Shown here: in pieces, positions 1 through 9,610 of the stretch
How positions within the stretch are numbered: position 1 is the stretch's first letter
Layout: each line of letters starts with the position of its first letter
Source of the DNA: Candidatus Obscuribacterales bacterium
Lineage (GTDB): Bacteria; Cyanobacteriota; Vampirovibrionia; Obscuribacterales; Obscuribacteraceae
Length of the DNA stretch: 64,000 bases
Assembly (NCBI GenBank): GCA_965228855.1
Contig: CBDDIJ010000003.1
Location: 2,144,001 to 2,208,000, forward strand
Reading direction: 5' to 3'
Program-made: the position numbers and the translations under genes
Notes under the pieces: model-generated
The model's database searches: none
The model's input: the letters and a program-made list of their open reading frames with translations, nothing else
Told to the model about the DNA's origin: nothing

Positions 1-1001
1 TCCCTACACAACAACCAGAGTTGGCTAAGACAGTTGAGATCGAGAGACTTGCGCCGCAAGAAATTTCACCTCAAAGCGAGGAGTTGCCGGCAAGCACCGG
101 ATTGCAGCCCATGACGGCGCCGGAACCGTGGCTTCGCATGTTCAATCATCACAGTGCGCCATCTTTTCCGCAGCTTCCCGGAGCCCAGTTGCCGAACTTT
201 CAGGAGACTTCGCTGTCTTCGCGTCAATCGCCCGGGTTTCAAGCGCCCGGATTTCAACCATCACACACACCGGCATCAGCACGTTTTTCAGCCCCCCTGA
301 GCGAAGGGCGCCTGCCTGAAGAGCATCTCCCGGAAGCGCCACCGCCCGCGGTGATGGATACATTGACCCTCGTGGATTTCAAACCAGGTCCGGTTGATGT
401 AAAAGAAACAGTTGCGACGCCTGAACCCGCAGAAGAACCGGCTTCAGCTCCTCTTCCTCGACGCAAGACACGAATGACCCTCGTTCAGGAATTTGACATC
501 ACTAAATTGATAGCTGAAACGGAAACACAATCTCAAAAGGTAATTCCAATTGAAACCGTCGATGATTTCAACGCGGCCATGCATTACTTCACTGGACAGG
601 CAGAAGGTCGTACCTATACAGCTGAGTTAAGATTCCGCGCGTCGTTTACACCTATACAGGACATGAAGGTGACGAGCGAACCGGAGGCGGCAAGCGTCAC
701 GGACGACAACGACTGGATTGTCGCGGACAACGTATTCTCGCCGGCAGCGAGTGAAGCACCACGGGTAGCACCACCGGCAAACTCTGGATTCAATATGCTG
801 GATCTGATCGATGAAAGTTATCGTACAATTCCAGCAAATCCGACGTTCTCTCAATCGCGTCAGGGACAGGTCGGACTATCCGTCGACTGGTCGCAGCCGA
901 TTGCCAAGCTACCTGCGGTGCAAGAGGGGCTAATGGGCGGAATTTCCGGCAATACCAAAGGCAATGGCGCACAGTACAAGAACCACTGGTCAAAGAGATA
1001 A
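1..1001 (+). CDS. Hypothetical Pro/Ser/Glu-rich protein, probably 5'-truncated by the window edge
   Basis: Frame is open from the window start through the track ORF 21..1001; low-complexity sequence; no recognisable domain. Confidence 0.6.
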   Translation, partial: PTQQPELAKTVEIERLAPQEISPQSEELPASTGLQPMTAPEPWLRMFNHHSAPSFPQLPGAQLPNFQETSLSSRQSPGFQAPGFQPSHTPASARFSAPLSEGRLPEEHLPEAPPPAVMDTLTLVDFKPGPVDVKETVATPEPAEEPASAPLPRRKTRMTLVQEFDITKLIAETETQSQKVIPIETVDDFNAAMHYFTGQAEGRTYTAELRFRASFTPIQDMKVTSEPEAASVTDDNDWIVADNVFSPAASEAPRVAPPANSGFNMLDLIDESYRTIPANPTFSQSRQGQVGLSVDWSQPIAKLPAVQEGLMGGISGNTKGNGAQYKNHWSKR

Positions 1002-1014
1002 CTGGAATCGCTCT

Positions 1015-2118
1015 ATGTCTGGATTTTTAACGTCTGTGTTCTCGCGCGGCGCATGTTCGCTGCTTCTTGCTGTAGGCGTGTCTGTTTCAAACACACTCGT
1101 TAATCCGGTAGAAGCACGCGGCAGCGCTGAGAAAAGCGGTAAAACGAACCACAAGGCGAAAGATTCACGTCCGGCCTTTATGATGTTCCAACAGTTCAAG
1201 CGTGAATCTGATGGACCAGTCTTATCTCCGCGCAGCGGCAAATTCGACAGTGTCGGAGCCTTCAATCCGACTGTGGTGAAGAAGAAAAACGGACACTTCG
1301 TGATGCTTTATCGCGGTCAAGACGACAAAGGCGTTTCCCGAATAGGATATGCGGAAAGTGAAGATGGAATTCATTTCAAACCTCATGAGCAACCGGTTTT
1401 AGAGCCCACCCGCGACGATGAGAAGAATGGCATCGAGGATCCTCGCCTGACTCCAAGCCTGAGCGAAAAAGGCGCATGGGATTTGACTGCCACCATATAC
1501 AATACTGACGCGCAGCTGGCACTGTTTCGTTCCAAAGACTTGAAGAACTGGAAACGCATCACCGTCATGATGCCGGCAAAACGCGGTAATTGGAATGTCA
1601 ACTGGACAAAGTCGGGAGCGATTGTTCCGATTAAGGTAAAAGGCAAGTTCTGGATGTACTACATGGGCGATGCAAAAAACGTGACAGATCAAACAGGTGT
1701 AGCCTGGTCGAAAGACGGCGTCAACTGGCAGGATGCAACTGACGCGCCGGTTCTGCGCCGGCGCGCTGGAAAGTTTGACTCAAAGGTAGTAGAGCCCGGA
1801 CCTGCACCGATTGTCACCGCTGATGGTATCTTGCTTCTGTACAATGGCGGAGACGATGATCTCACATACCGCACTGGCTGGGCGCTTTTCGATAAGAAAA
1901 ATCCGGCGAGGCTACTTGCAAGATCAGATACCCCCATATTCGAACCTCAAATGGAATGGGAGAAGAAAACCACATCATCGACGATACATCAGGCACCGAA
2001 TGTGGTGTTTGTCGAAGGTTTGGTCAAAGATGGCAAGCGGTATCTGGTCTATTACGGAGCGGCTGACTGCCGTGTCGGCGTCGCCTCCTGCGTGCTAGAA
2101 TCTGTCCCCGGAAATTAG
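1015..2118 (+). CDS. Glycoside hydrolase family 130 protein (beta-mannoside hydrolase/phosphorylase fold) with N-terminal signal peptide
   Basis: Motifs FNPTVV, LYRGQD, SRIGYAESEDG, GIEDPRL, NVVF, YYGAAD typical of GH130 five-bladed propeller; hydrophobic N-terminus ending VEA; ATG at 1015. Confidence 0.85.
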   Translation: MSGFLTSVFSRGACSLLLAVGVSVSNTLVNPVEARGSAEKSGKTNHKAKDSRPAFMMFQQFKRESDGPVLSPRSGKFDSVGAFNPTVVKKKNGHFVMLYRGQDDKGVSRIGYAESEDGIHFKPHEQPVLEPTRDDEKNGIEDPRLTPSLSEKGAWDLTATIYNTDAQLALFRSKDLKNWKRITVMMPAKRGNWNVNWTKSGAIVPIKVKGKFWMYYMGDAKNVTDQTGVAWSKDGVNWQDATDAPVLRRRAGKFDSKVVEPGPAPIVTADGILLLYNGGDDDLTYRTGWALFDKKNPARLLARSDTPIFEPQMEWEKKTTSSTIHQAPNVVFVEGLVKDGKRYLVYYGAADCRVGVASCVLESVPGN

Positions 2119-2161
2119 CTTTCACGTCACTTGGAAAGTGGCTTCGAAGGAGAGTCTGACT

Positions 2162-2704
2162 ATGCCGCATACGATTGAATCCGCAAAAACAGGTCGCGCT
2201 AACTGCAGAACCTGCAAGACTACGATTGACAAGGGAACGCTGCGTTTCGGGGAAGAAGTTCCCAACGCCTTCTCGCCGGGAGAAATGACCTTTCAGTGGC
2301 ACCATCTACCCTGCGCAGCGGAGAAGAAGCCATCAGCGCTCAAACAAGCCCTTGAATCGACAGATGTGGAAGTAGCAGACAAGGAAGAGTTGTTAAAAAC
2401 AATTGCCGTCACCGGCAAGAAAGAAAAACCATCCACATTTCCCTACGCGGAGCATGCGCCGACCGGCCGAGCCTCTTGTATGGCTTGCAGCGAAAAGATC
2501 GAAAAGGGCGACTTACGAGTCGCAGTTGAGAAAGAAGTTGAAGCCGGCGGTTTCGCACAACGCGGCGCCGGATATTTGCATCCGGCGTGTGCTCCGGAGC
2601 ATACTGAAGAAGACGCAGTCGACCTCTTCGAAAAGATCAAAGCAAATACGCTGAATCTCGAAGAGGATGAACTCGCGGCCCTTGAAGAAGAGATGTGTGG
2701 CTAA
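2162..2704 (+). CDS. Stand-alone protein with two PARP-type zinc fingers (zf-PARP)
   Basis: IESAKTGRANCRTC..KGTLRFG..WHHLPC and AEHAPTGRASCMAC..KGDLRV..YLHPAC, each CxxC...HxxC with the E-x-A-x-[ST]-G-R-A-x-C signature; RBS AAGGAG upstream of ATG 2162. Confidence 0.85.
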   Translation: MPHTIESAKTGRANCRTCKTTIDKGTLRFGEEVPNAFSPGEMTFQWHHLPCAAEKKPSALKQALESTDVEVADKEELLKTIAVTGKKEKPSTFPYAEHAPTGRASCMACSEKIEKGDLRVAVEKEVEAGGFAQRGAGYLHPACAPEHTEEDAVDLFEKIKANTLNLEEDELAALEEEMCG

Positions 2705-3194
2705 AGTGGAGACTTTAAAACTTCCAGCACATGATTTTCTGGATCAACACAACATCCCGTACGAGATCATGACCTTTCCTGACACGACGGAGAAAGGCGC
2801 AGCAGCTGTCGCTTCTGCTCTTGGATTTCGAGAACGCCAGATGGTGAAGACGCTCATTTTTCAAACCGACAAAGGCGAGAAAGCCTTGATAATGGTGGGA
2901 GCGGACCAGAACGCGATCTCGGGAAAACTAAAGAAAGCGCTGGGCTCGAGAAATATTTCGATGGCGCCACCAGATGTGGTGAAAGAGACGACCGGGTATG
3001 TGGTCGGTTCGATTCCACCATTTCACTGGCAACCAGAAGGTTTTCGAAATTTCCTGGACGAATCGCTGATGCTCGAAGAGAAGCTGGGTGTCGGAGCGGG
3101 TGTCTGGGGTAACGAAATCATCATTACACCGGCAAACCTGGTCGCGGCGACCAAAGCCACCGTTCTAAATCTCTGCACTCCCGACTCGCAGTGA
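2697..3194 (+). CDS. ybaK: YbaK/aminoacyl-tRNA deacylase (tRNA-editing domain)
   Basis: QMVKTLIF and TTGYVVGSIPPF motifs, about 165 aa; GTG start overlaps upstream stop. Confidence 0.85.
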   Translation: MAKVETLKLPAHDFLDQHNIPYEIMTFPDTTEKGAAAVASALGFRERQMVKTLIFQTDKGEKALIMVGADQNAISGKLKKALGSRNISMAPPDVVKETTGYVVGSIPPFHWQPEGFRNFLDESLMLEEKLGVGAGVWGNEIIITPANLVAATKATVLNLCTPDSQ

Positions 3195-3198
3195 AACC

Positions 3199-5001
3199 TC
3201 AGGCTCCATGCCCGCCGTAAAGCTGCTTCAGCCGAGAGAAACAATTAGTTAGCCAGTTTCCAGCACTGCCACTATCGGTAGAGCCGCGTTCACTTCGAGT
3301 CGGAGGTTGAACAGCTGAAATAGAAACAGTGTTTTTACCGCGACGCTTACTGGACTTCAAGCCGGACTTCGTAAGCTCGAGAACCTGCTCGAGAGTTTCG
3401 ACCTCGTAAGGCAGAGTGGCAACGCCCAAACTGGTTGTCGCTTTGATAAGTTGTCCGTTCTTCTGAATCAAAGAATCTGCAACTGAAGAACGAATGCGCT
3501 CGGCGATTTGAGCGCCTTGTTCGAGAGAAGTTGAGGGAAGGAAGACGATGAACTCATCGCCGCCGACCCGTCCGACCCAGTCAGAAGCACGCACAGCGTC
3601 CTGCAGAATGTTCGAGACGGTCTTCAATACCAGGTCTCCGGCGGCGTGACCATGGGTGTCATTTATTCCTTTAAAGTTATCGAGATCGATAACAATTCCA
3701 ACGACCTCATCGCCATTGCGTCGCGCAAGGGAAAGCTCACGGATCAGAACGCTTTCCAGACCGCGCCTGTTCAGCAAGCCCGTCAGTGGATCGGTTTTCA
3801 CAAGCTGCTCCAGTCGCGTGCTCGACTCCTCCAATTTTGAGACCATCGCCTTTAAACGCTGCTCTGTTGTCTTTTGCGTCGTGAGGTCTGTAAATATATG
3901 AATGTAGTACTGAACTGAGGCGTCCTCGAACTCGCTAGTCGCGACTGAAACCGGAACTTTCGCGCCGTTTGCGCCGTGAATGTAGCATTCGATCTCAGTA
4001 CCTGCCTCTATGCTCTGCCCGCCCAGAGTCGGGATCGCGCTGCGAATGTTTCGACCTAAAAAAGTCGACTTATTGCAGCCGAACATATTTTCTGCCGCTC
4101 GGTTCGTGAATTCGATAGTACCATCTGCGGTGGTAATGAAAATCGGTCGGGGAGCATTCTCCATAAAATGATTGACCAGCATCGCTGATGCTCCATTCAC
4201 GGAAGATGATTTGCCACCATTCATTTCCCATTCCGCCATTCTTGTATGCAGTCGCGCTTGAGTCGACCGCGGATTCGGAGACGATTGACCAAAACCAAGC
4301 TCTTTCTTGATCTCGAGCCATGCGGGGTTCTGTCCCAGCAGGCTTCTCGCACCGTTATCTGAATGATGTAATTCGGGGCCATTTTGTTGCGACCCGGCGA
4401 CAATTAAATGTCGAAGTTTGTTAGGAACAAGCAAAACGTCGCCGGACATAGCCAACTTCAACTCGGAGACAATTCGCGGTATCGCGTCTGTTGATGCGTG
4501 TTTACAAAGAAAGGCGCTGCAACCTTTCGCAAGAGCTTCCTTGCCGTCCTCAGAGTCGTCAGAATTCGTCAACATAATTATAGGACCGGTAAATCCGACC
4601 TGGTTGCGCAACTTATCTAAGATGATCAACCCGATGCGCTCGTCCACATCGTGCTTCTGATTGGCTTCGTACGGCAGCATGACGTCCAGGATGATGGCGT
4701 TTATGGACTTCATATTGTCGCCGTCTGAACACCAGCGCTTCGCTTCCAGGTACGACCCACACCGTTTGACGATGTTAATGTCGCCTTCTTCCGTCAAGAA
4801 ATCGCACAAGCTGTCGCGGAAAAATTCATCGTCATCAATGATTAACACGTTGGTGGCTGGTGCCTTGCGCTTCATCGGAATGACCTTATTGTTTCCAGTA
4901 GAAGTTCCAGCGCGCTCGCTGGAGTAGCCATACATCATTGTTAGTAAACCCGTCCGAATATGACCTAACAGAGCCAAAGCTAAGATATCCAGGGTGCCCA
5001 T
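3199..5001 (-). CDS. Diguanylate cyclase, REC-PAS-coiled coil-GGDEF (true start probably 4938 or 4875)
   Basis: VLIIDDD..IILDVMLP receiver; PAS (NRAAENMFG); TDPLTGLLNRR, DLDNFKGINDTHGHAAGD, RASD I-site, RVGGDEF intact. Confidence 0.93.
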   Translation of the reverse strand: MGTLDILALALLGHIRTGLLTMMYGYSSERAGTSTGNNKVIPMKRKAPATNVLIIDDDEFFRDSLCDFLTEEGDINIVKRCGSYLEAKRWCSDGDNMKSINAIILDVMLPYEANQKHDVDERIGLIILDKLRNQVGFTGPIIMLTNSDDSEDGKEALAKGCSAFLCKHASTDAIPRIVSELKLAMSGDVLLVPNKLRHLIVAGSQQNGPELHHSDNGARSLLGQNPAWLEIKKELGFGQSSPNPRSTQARLHTRMAEWEMNGGKSSSVNGASAMLVNHFMENAPRPIFITTADGTIEFTNRAAENMFGCNKSTFLGRNIRSAIPTLGGQSIEAGTEIECYIHGANGAKVPVSVATSEFEDASVQYYIHIFTDLTTQKTTEQRLKAMVSKLEESSTRLEQLVKTDPLTGLLNRRGLESVLIRELSLARRNGDEVVGIVIDLDNFKGINDTHGHAAGDLVLKTVSNILQDAVRASDWVGRVGGDEFIVFLPSTSLEQGAQIAERIRSSVADSLIQKNGQLIKATTSLGVATLPYEVETLEQVLELTKSGLKSSKRRGKNTVSISAVQPPTRSERGSTDSGSAGNWLTNCFSRLKQLYGGHGA

Positions 5002-5195
5002 AAAAGTCAGTTAGCGTAGATGCAGGCGCATGATGTCGAGCCTGCACATTAAATTGCGCAGGCAAAAATCGGCGAGAAGGCGCGACCATCAGCTTCACGG
5101 AGCTTGCGCGCGCGGACGAATCCGCGACGCATTCACCCTTGAGAGCGCTGAGTTGTAGCCTCGAGCAGGCCGGTTTTAAACGGAATGTACGCGCT

Positions 5196-6761
5196 TTAAA
5201 CGGGATGTACGCCGTGCTTTTTGTTGACCGGCGTCATTTCTTTCGTCGCATAGGCATTGAAACGATCGATTAGTTCGTTTCGCAGATTATTCGGCGTGAC
5301 CATTTGATCGACAACCATCTCGGCAGCGAGTTTATAGATATCGACGTCTTCGCGATACTCGTTGCGCTTCTGCTCTACGAATTCGGCGCGTTCCTTGGGA
5401 TCGCTTATTTCCATAATCTTATTGAAGAAAACAGCATTGACTGCCGCTTCCGGTCCCATTACCGCGATCCACGCCGTCGGTAAAGCCAGACAAACGTCAG
5501 GTTCGAACGCCGGTCCGCACATGGCATAGAGACCAGCCCCATAAGCCTTTCTAATGACGACCGAGATTTTGGGAACGCTCGCGGCCGACATCGCGGAAAT
5601 CATTTTCGCGCCGGCTCGGATGATCCCATCGCGCTCGACCTTGGTTCCAATCATGAAACCAGGAACATCAGCGAGGAACAACAACGGAATATTGAAGGCG
5701 TCGCAAAGGTACATGAAACGCGCACCTTTGTCGGCGGAGTCGACGAACAAAACGCCGCCCTTAGCCTTCGGCTGATTGGCTAATATGCCGACCGCGCGTC
5801 CGCCAATTCGTGCAAAACCTGTGATCAACTCGGGCGCCCAGAGTTTCTTCATCTCGAAGAACGAGTCCTTATCTATGATGCGGTCGATGACTTGCATCAT
5901 GTCGAAAGGAACGTTTTCCTTCTCGGGAATTACTTGCTCCATTGTTTTCTCGAATTCTTTTGCATCGAGCGGCGGCTGCACATCAACTGGAGCATGGCAG
6001 TTCGACGGCATGAAGCTCAAGTATTTCTTGCAGAGTTCAATCGCTTCTTCTTCGCTTTGAACCAAAACATCACCGACTCCACTGACCGAGCAGTGCATGC
6101 GCGCGCCACCCATTTCTTCAAGCGAAACTTTCTCGCCAATGACCATTTCAGCCATGCGTGGCGAACCCAGATACATTGATGCGCGACCTTCGTTCATAAT
6201 GACGATGTCGCAGAATGCCGGAATGTAAGCGCCGCCTGCAGCGGACGGTCCGAACAAGAGACAGATCTGGGGAATGTATCCGCTCAATTCGACCTGATTG
6301 TAGAAAATCTTGCCGGCACCTCTTCTGCCTGGAAACATCTCGACCTGGTCGGTAATGCGTGCTCCGGCCGAATCGACGAGATAAATCAACGGTACTCGAA
6401 GTTTTTTGGCGGTTTCCTGAATACGAATGATCTTCTCGACTGTCCTCCAGCCCCAGGAGCCGGCTTTTATGGTTGAGTCGTTCGCCATGAAACAAACGGT
6501 TTTGCCTTGAATTTTGCCGACACCACATATGACACCATCGGCAGCCAATCCCTTATCGAGATTATTGGCGAATGCTCCATCTTCTACTTCAAAGCCAGGA
6601 TCGAGCAACAAGCGAAGACGCTCTCTGGCGAAGAGCTTTTTCTCTTCCTTGAGCTTTTCGTGGTACTTAGGAGCGCCACCAGCCTTGATGCGCTGATGTT
6701 CTTTCTCGAGTTTTTCGCTCTTGCTCTCTGTAACCTTCTCGTCCTTCACTTTGACTTCCAT
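5196..6761 (-). CDS. Acyl-CoA carboxylase carboxyltransferase (beta) subunit, YngE/methylcrotonyl-CoA carboxylase-like
   Basis: LVDSAGARI, GPSAAGGAY, DVPGFMIG, RKAYGAGLYAMCG motifs; C-terminal KKHGVHPV. Confidence 0.92.
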   Translation of the reverse strand: MEVKVKDEKVTESKSEKLEKEHQRIKAGGAPKYHEKLKEEKKLFARERLRLLLDPGFEVEDGAFANNLDKGLAADGVICGVGKIQGKTVCFMANDSTIKAGSWGWRTVEKIIRIQETAKKLRVPLIYLVDSAGARITDQVEMFPGRRGAGKIFYNQVELSGYIPQICLLFGPSAAGGAYIPAFCDIVIMNEGRASMYLGSPRMAEMVIGEKVSLEEMGGARMHCSVSGVGDVLVQSEEEAIELCKKYLSFMPSNCHAPVDVQPPLDAKEFEKTMEQVIPEKENVPFDMMQVIDRIIDKDSFFEMKKLWAPELITGFARIGGRAVGILANQPKAKGGVLFVDSADKGARFMYLCDAFNIPLLFLADVPGFMIGTKVERDGIIRAGAKMISAMSAASVPKISVVIRKAYGAGLYAMCGPAFEPDVCLALPTAWIAVMGPEAAVNAVFFNKIMEISDPKERAEFVEQKRNEYREDVDIYKLAAEMVVDQMVTPNNLRNELIDRFNAYATKEMTPVNKKHGVHPV

Positions 6762-7057
6762 CCTGATTTACCTGTAGCAGTTGTTTGGGACTGATCGGCT
6801 CGCCGACCTCTATGCTTGGCATCGTCTTCAAACCCCGGAGACAGTCTCAGATGTCAACATCCCAACAGCTCAGGGGCGCGAAGTTGCGCTTTGACGGCGA
6901 ATCGGCGAGTGAGTTTGTTTGCTCCGCCGAGCCGTCCAGAAAGCATTCTACTAACAAGAAGGCGCAGACCTCGATTTCTACCAATTCATTTCAAAATGCC
7001 GAAGCCAGATTTAATCGATATAATGATGGCTTGTGGAATTTGCTTCGGGGAGCAATC

Positions 7058-9598
7058 GTGACAACCAACAAATCGAGCGGTGAGAGGGACGGAGAACGCT
7101 CCGGTTTAAACAATTCGCGCCGCGACTTTTTGAAACATGCCGCGATTTTGCTGGCTGGGCTGAGCACAGCGACCATCGCAGAGTCAGGTTTTCTAAAACC
7201 ATCCCATGCCAAAAACAGCTACAAGATAGGCGCATTCACGGGCGATGATTTCACCATCGGTCACAAGATTCGAGACGGAAAGCAGCCCAAGCTGCCAGCT
7301 TCAGTCACCGAGAAAGTTGACTTCGTTATCGTCGGTGGCGGGCTATCCGGTCTCGCTTCCGCTCACTATCTACAAGACGCCAATTTCATTCTATTGGAAC
7401 AATACAATGATCTCGGCGGACACGCGCGTGGTGCCAGTCACAACGGCATAGGCTACTCATACGGCGCCGCATATCTCTCTACTCTCGACGGGTCGGTCGG
7501 TGAGCTTGTCGATGATTTGGGTTTAAAACCGCTCACGCTCGACGATTCAAAAGATGCATGGTATCGCGATGGTAAATGGCTTCGGGGCACCGCCGGCAGT
7601 GACGACATCATCTTCAAGGAATTTAAACGGCTCAAAGAGGAGCACAGAAATTTTTTCGGCAAATGGGATGGTTTGTATCCAAGCCTCACTAACTTTCCAG
7701 ACTTCCTCAAACTCGATGATATTTTGATGGACGAAGTTTTGAAAGGCTACGATCCAACCTTTACAGCGCTCATCGACAATTTTTTGAAGTCTTCTCTAAA
7801 TGCAGGCTCGAAGACTGTATCTGCACTCTCAGGATTATCGACACTGGAAGATGTTTTGAACAAAACGTATTTACTTCCGGGAGGCAATCCGGCTCTGACT
7901 GCGGAACTCGTGAAACGCCTGGATCGGCCGCATGGAGAGCGGATTAAAGCTGGTGCATTCGTATGGGAAATCAAGCTCAACGATAACGGTGCAACGGTTA
8001 CATACAGTTTAGCGGATGGGTCCATGCACGTCGCCGAATGCAAGCACGTTATCATCGCAACACCACATATGGTGACAGCTAGAATTGCCAAAAATCTAAG
8101 CGATCGAGCAAAGGCGACTATGTTCCGCTTTCGTTATGGTGCGTATCTGGTGGCAAATGTTTTATGTGGGAAACGTTTATTCGATGGTACTTATGACAAT
8201 TTCCTTCCCCCGTCATTTGAAATTGCAGACATAACTCCGGCAGAGACGCCTTACATGATGAACGGCAGTTATAAGCCGGATATGGGTTCTGTTCTCACTT
8301 GCTACACGCCCTATGAGCCGGGTTCGATTGGGCGAACTGTGCTGTACCAGGGCGACAAGAAGAAAATGGCTTCTGACGTATTGACACAGCTGTATAAACT
8401 TCTGCCTTCTCTGAAAGGCAACGTTAACGAAGTGGTGTTGACCCGGTGGGGTCACGCAATGGCGGTCACAAAACCGCAATACTATAAATACGTCGGCGAA
8501 CTCCAGGCTATGGAAACCAGTTCTTTCTCATTCGCTCACTCAAGTGCACATGGGCTACCGAGTGCCGAAGCAGCTATTCAAGGAGCGAAACACGCAGCGG
8601 AGAAAGCTCGGAAACTCAAGGTCTCAGTCAAGCCTATTTATTCGATCTCAGTTTTGGCTCTGATAATAGCGGTATTGAATTTGATGGCACCTGCCTCAGC
8701 TGCTGAAACAGGCAAACCGCACCACTCGCTTCCCTCATCACCGAAACCAAATACCTTGATCTGGTCTGTCAGTAATCGGCGGCTAGCCATTCCGGTTTTC
8801 GGAGCAGAAGGTATCGCTGCCGTTGCAAACGTCGGCTCTGGAGAACAGGTTAAAGGGACTTACCTGACAATGGTTCACGGCATCGGTCCTGGTCACGATT
8901 GCGGGCTGGTGGCTGGCGATATGTTGTTGATGGTGGACAAAAAGGTGACTGAAACTCCTGAGCTTACAACTCAACTAGTCACCGAATACAGTGGCATGAG
9001 AACGACTATTCGATATGCCAGGAAGAAGGGAAATGTTCTGGAAGTCAAAGATACCGAGGCGTACTGGACAATCCCCAAAGCTGACAGTTCAACCATGCCT
9101 TCAGCCGGTTTTGACTCGACCCAAACCGTAGGAGCCGTCTCACATGCGCTGGCTGACGAGGTCTCAACTGAAGACCTCGCAGACTATATGATCGAGATCA
9201 TAAATAACGACCGAGCCATGAATGGCAATCTGCCAAAACTTTATAAGAGCGAAACACTTTCGGCAATGGCAACGAAATACGCTGAGGAGATGGTAAAGCG
9301 TAAGTTCTTCAGTCACACCGATCCGGACGGTCATGACATGACGACACGCGGCGCCGCAAATGGTATCACCGGACATCTGGCTGAGAACATTTCCGTGGTC
9401 AGAAACAAGGTCGTCGACGCGCGCGAATTAGTAAAACGCTGCCAGAAAACCATGATGAACGAACCGCCCAATGTGCCAGGCAATCACCGCGCCAATATTC
9501 TCGATAAAGAGCAGAAGAGCGTAGGCGTGGGTGTTGCAGTTCTTCCAGAAGGCGGCGTCATCACCGTTCAAGAATTCTCTCACGATGAGTTGCCATAG
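7058..9598 (+). CDS. Tat-exported FAD-dependent oxidoreductase (amine oxidase-like) fused in frame to PDZ-like and CAP/SCP domains
   Basis: SRRDFLK Tat motif; IVGGGLSGL Rossmann fold; RWGHAM; C-terminal CAP motifs FFSHTDPDG, AENI, HRANIL, VGVGV; GTG at 7058 after GGGGAG. Confidence 0.8.
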   Translation: MTTNKSSGERDGERSGLNNSRRDFLKHAAILLAGLSTATIAESGFLKPSHAKNSYKIGAFTGDDFTIGHKIRDGKQPKLPASVTEKVDFVIVGGGLSGLASAHYLQDANFILLEQYNDLGGHARGASHNGIGYSYGAAYLSTLDGSVGELVDDLGLKPLTLDDSKDAWYRDGKWLRGTAGSDDIIFKEFKRLKEEHRNFFGKWDGLYPSLTNFPDFLKLDDILMDEVLKGYDPTFTALIDNFLKSSLNAGSKTVSALSGLSTLEDVLNKTYLLPGGNPALTAELVKRLDRPHGERIKAGAFVWEIKLNDNGATVTYSLADGSMHVAECKHVIIATPHMVTARIAKNLSDRAKATMFRFRYGAYLVANVLCGKRLFDGTYDNFLPPSFEIADITPAETPYMMNGSYKPDMGSVLTCYTPYEPGSIGRTVLYQGDKKKMASDVLTQLYKLLPSLKGNVNEVVLTRWGHAMAVTKPQYYKYVGELQAMETSSFSFAHSSAHGLPSAEAAIQGAKHAAEKARKLKVSVKPIYSISVLALIIAVLNLMAPASAAETGKPHHSLPSSPKPNTLIWSVSNRRLAIPVFGAEGIAAVANVGSGEQVKGTYLTMVHGIGPGHDCGLVAGDMLLMVDKKVTETPELTTQLVTEYSGMRTTIRYARKKGNVLEVKDTEAYWTIPKADSSTMPSAGFDSTQTVGAVSHALADEVSTEDLADYMIEIINNDRAMNGNLPKLYKSETLSAMATKYAEEMVKRKFFSHTDPDGHDMTTRGAANGITGHLAENISVVRNKVVDARELVKRCQKTMMNEPPNVPGNHRANILDKEQKSVGVGVAVLPEGGVITVQEFSHDELP

Positions 9599-9610
9599 CC
9601 CAGGAGTTCC

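Noticed and set aside
2168..2181. CATAC-GATT-GAATC near the start of the zf-PARP gene as an SOS box
   Set aside because: Two mismatches in the right half, inside the CDS, and no adjacent promoter evident
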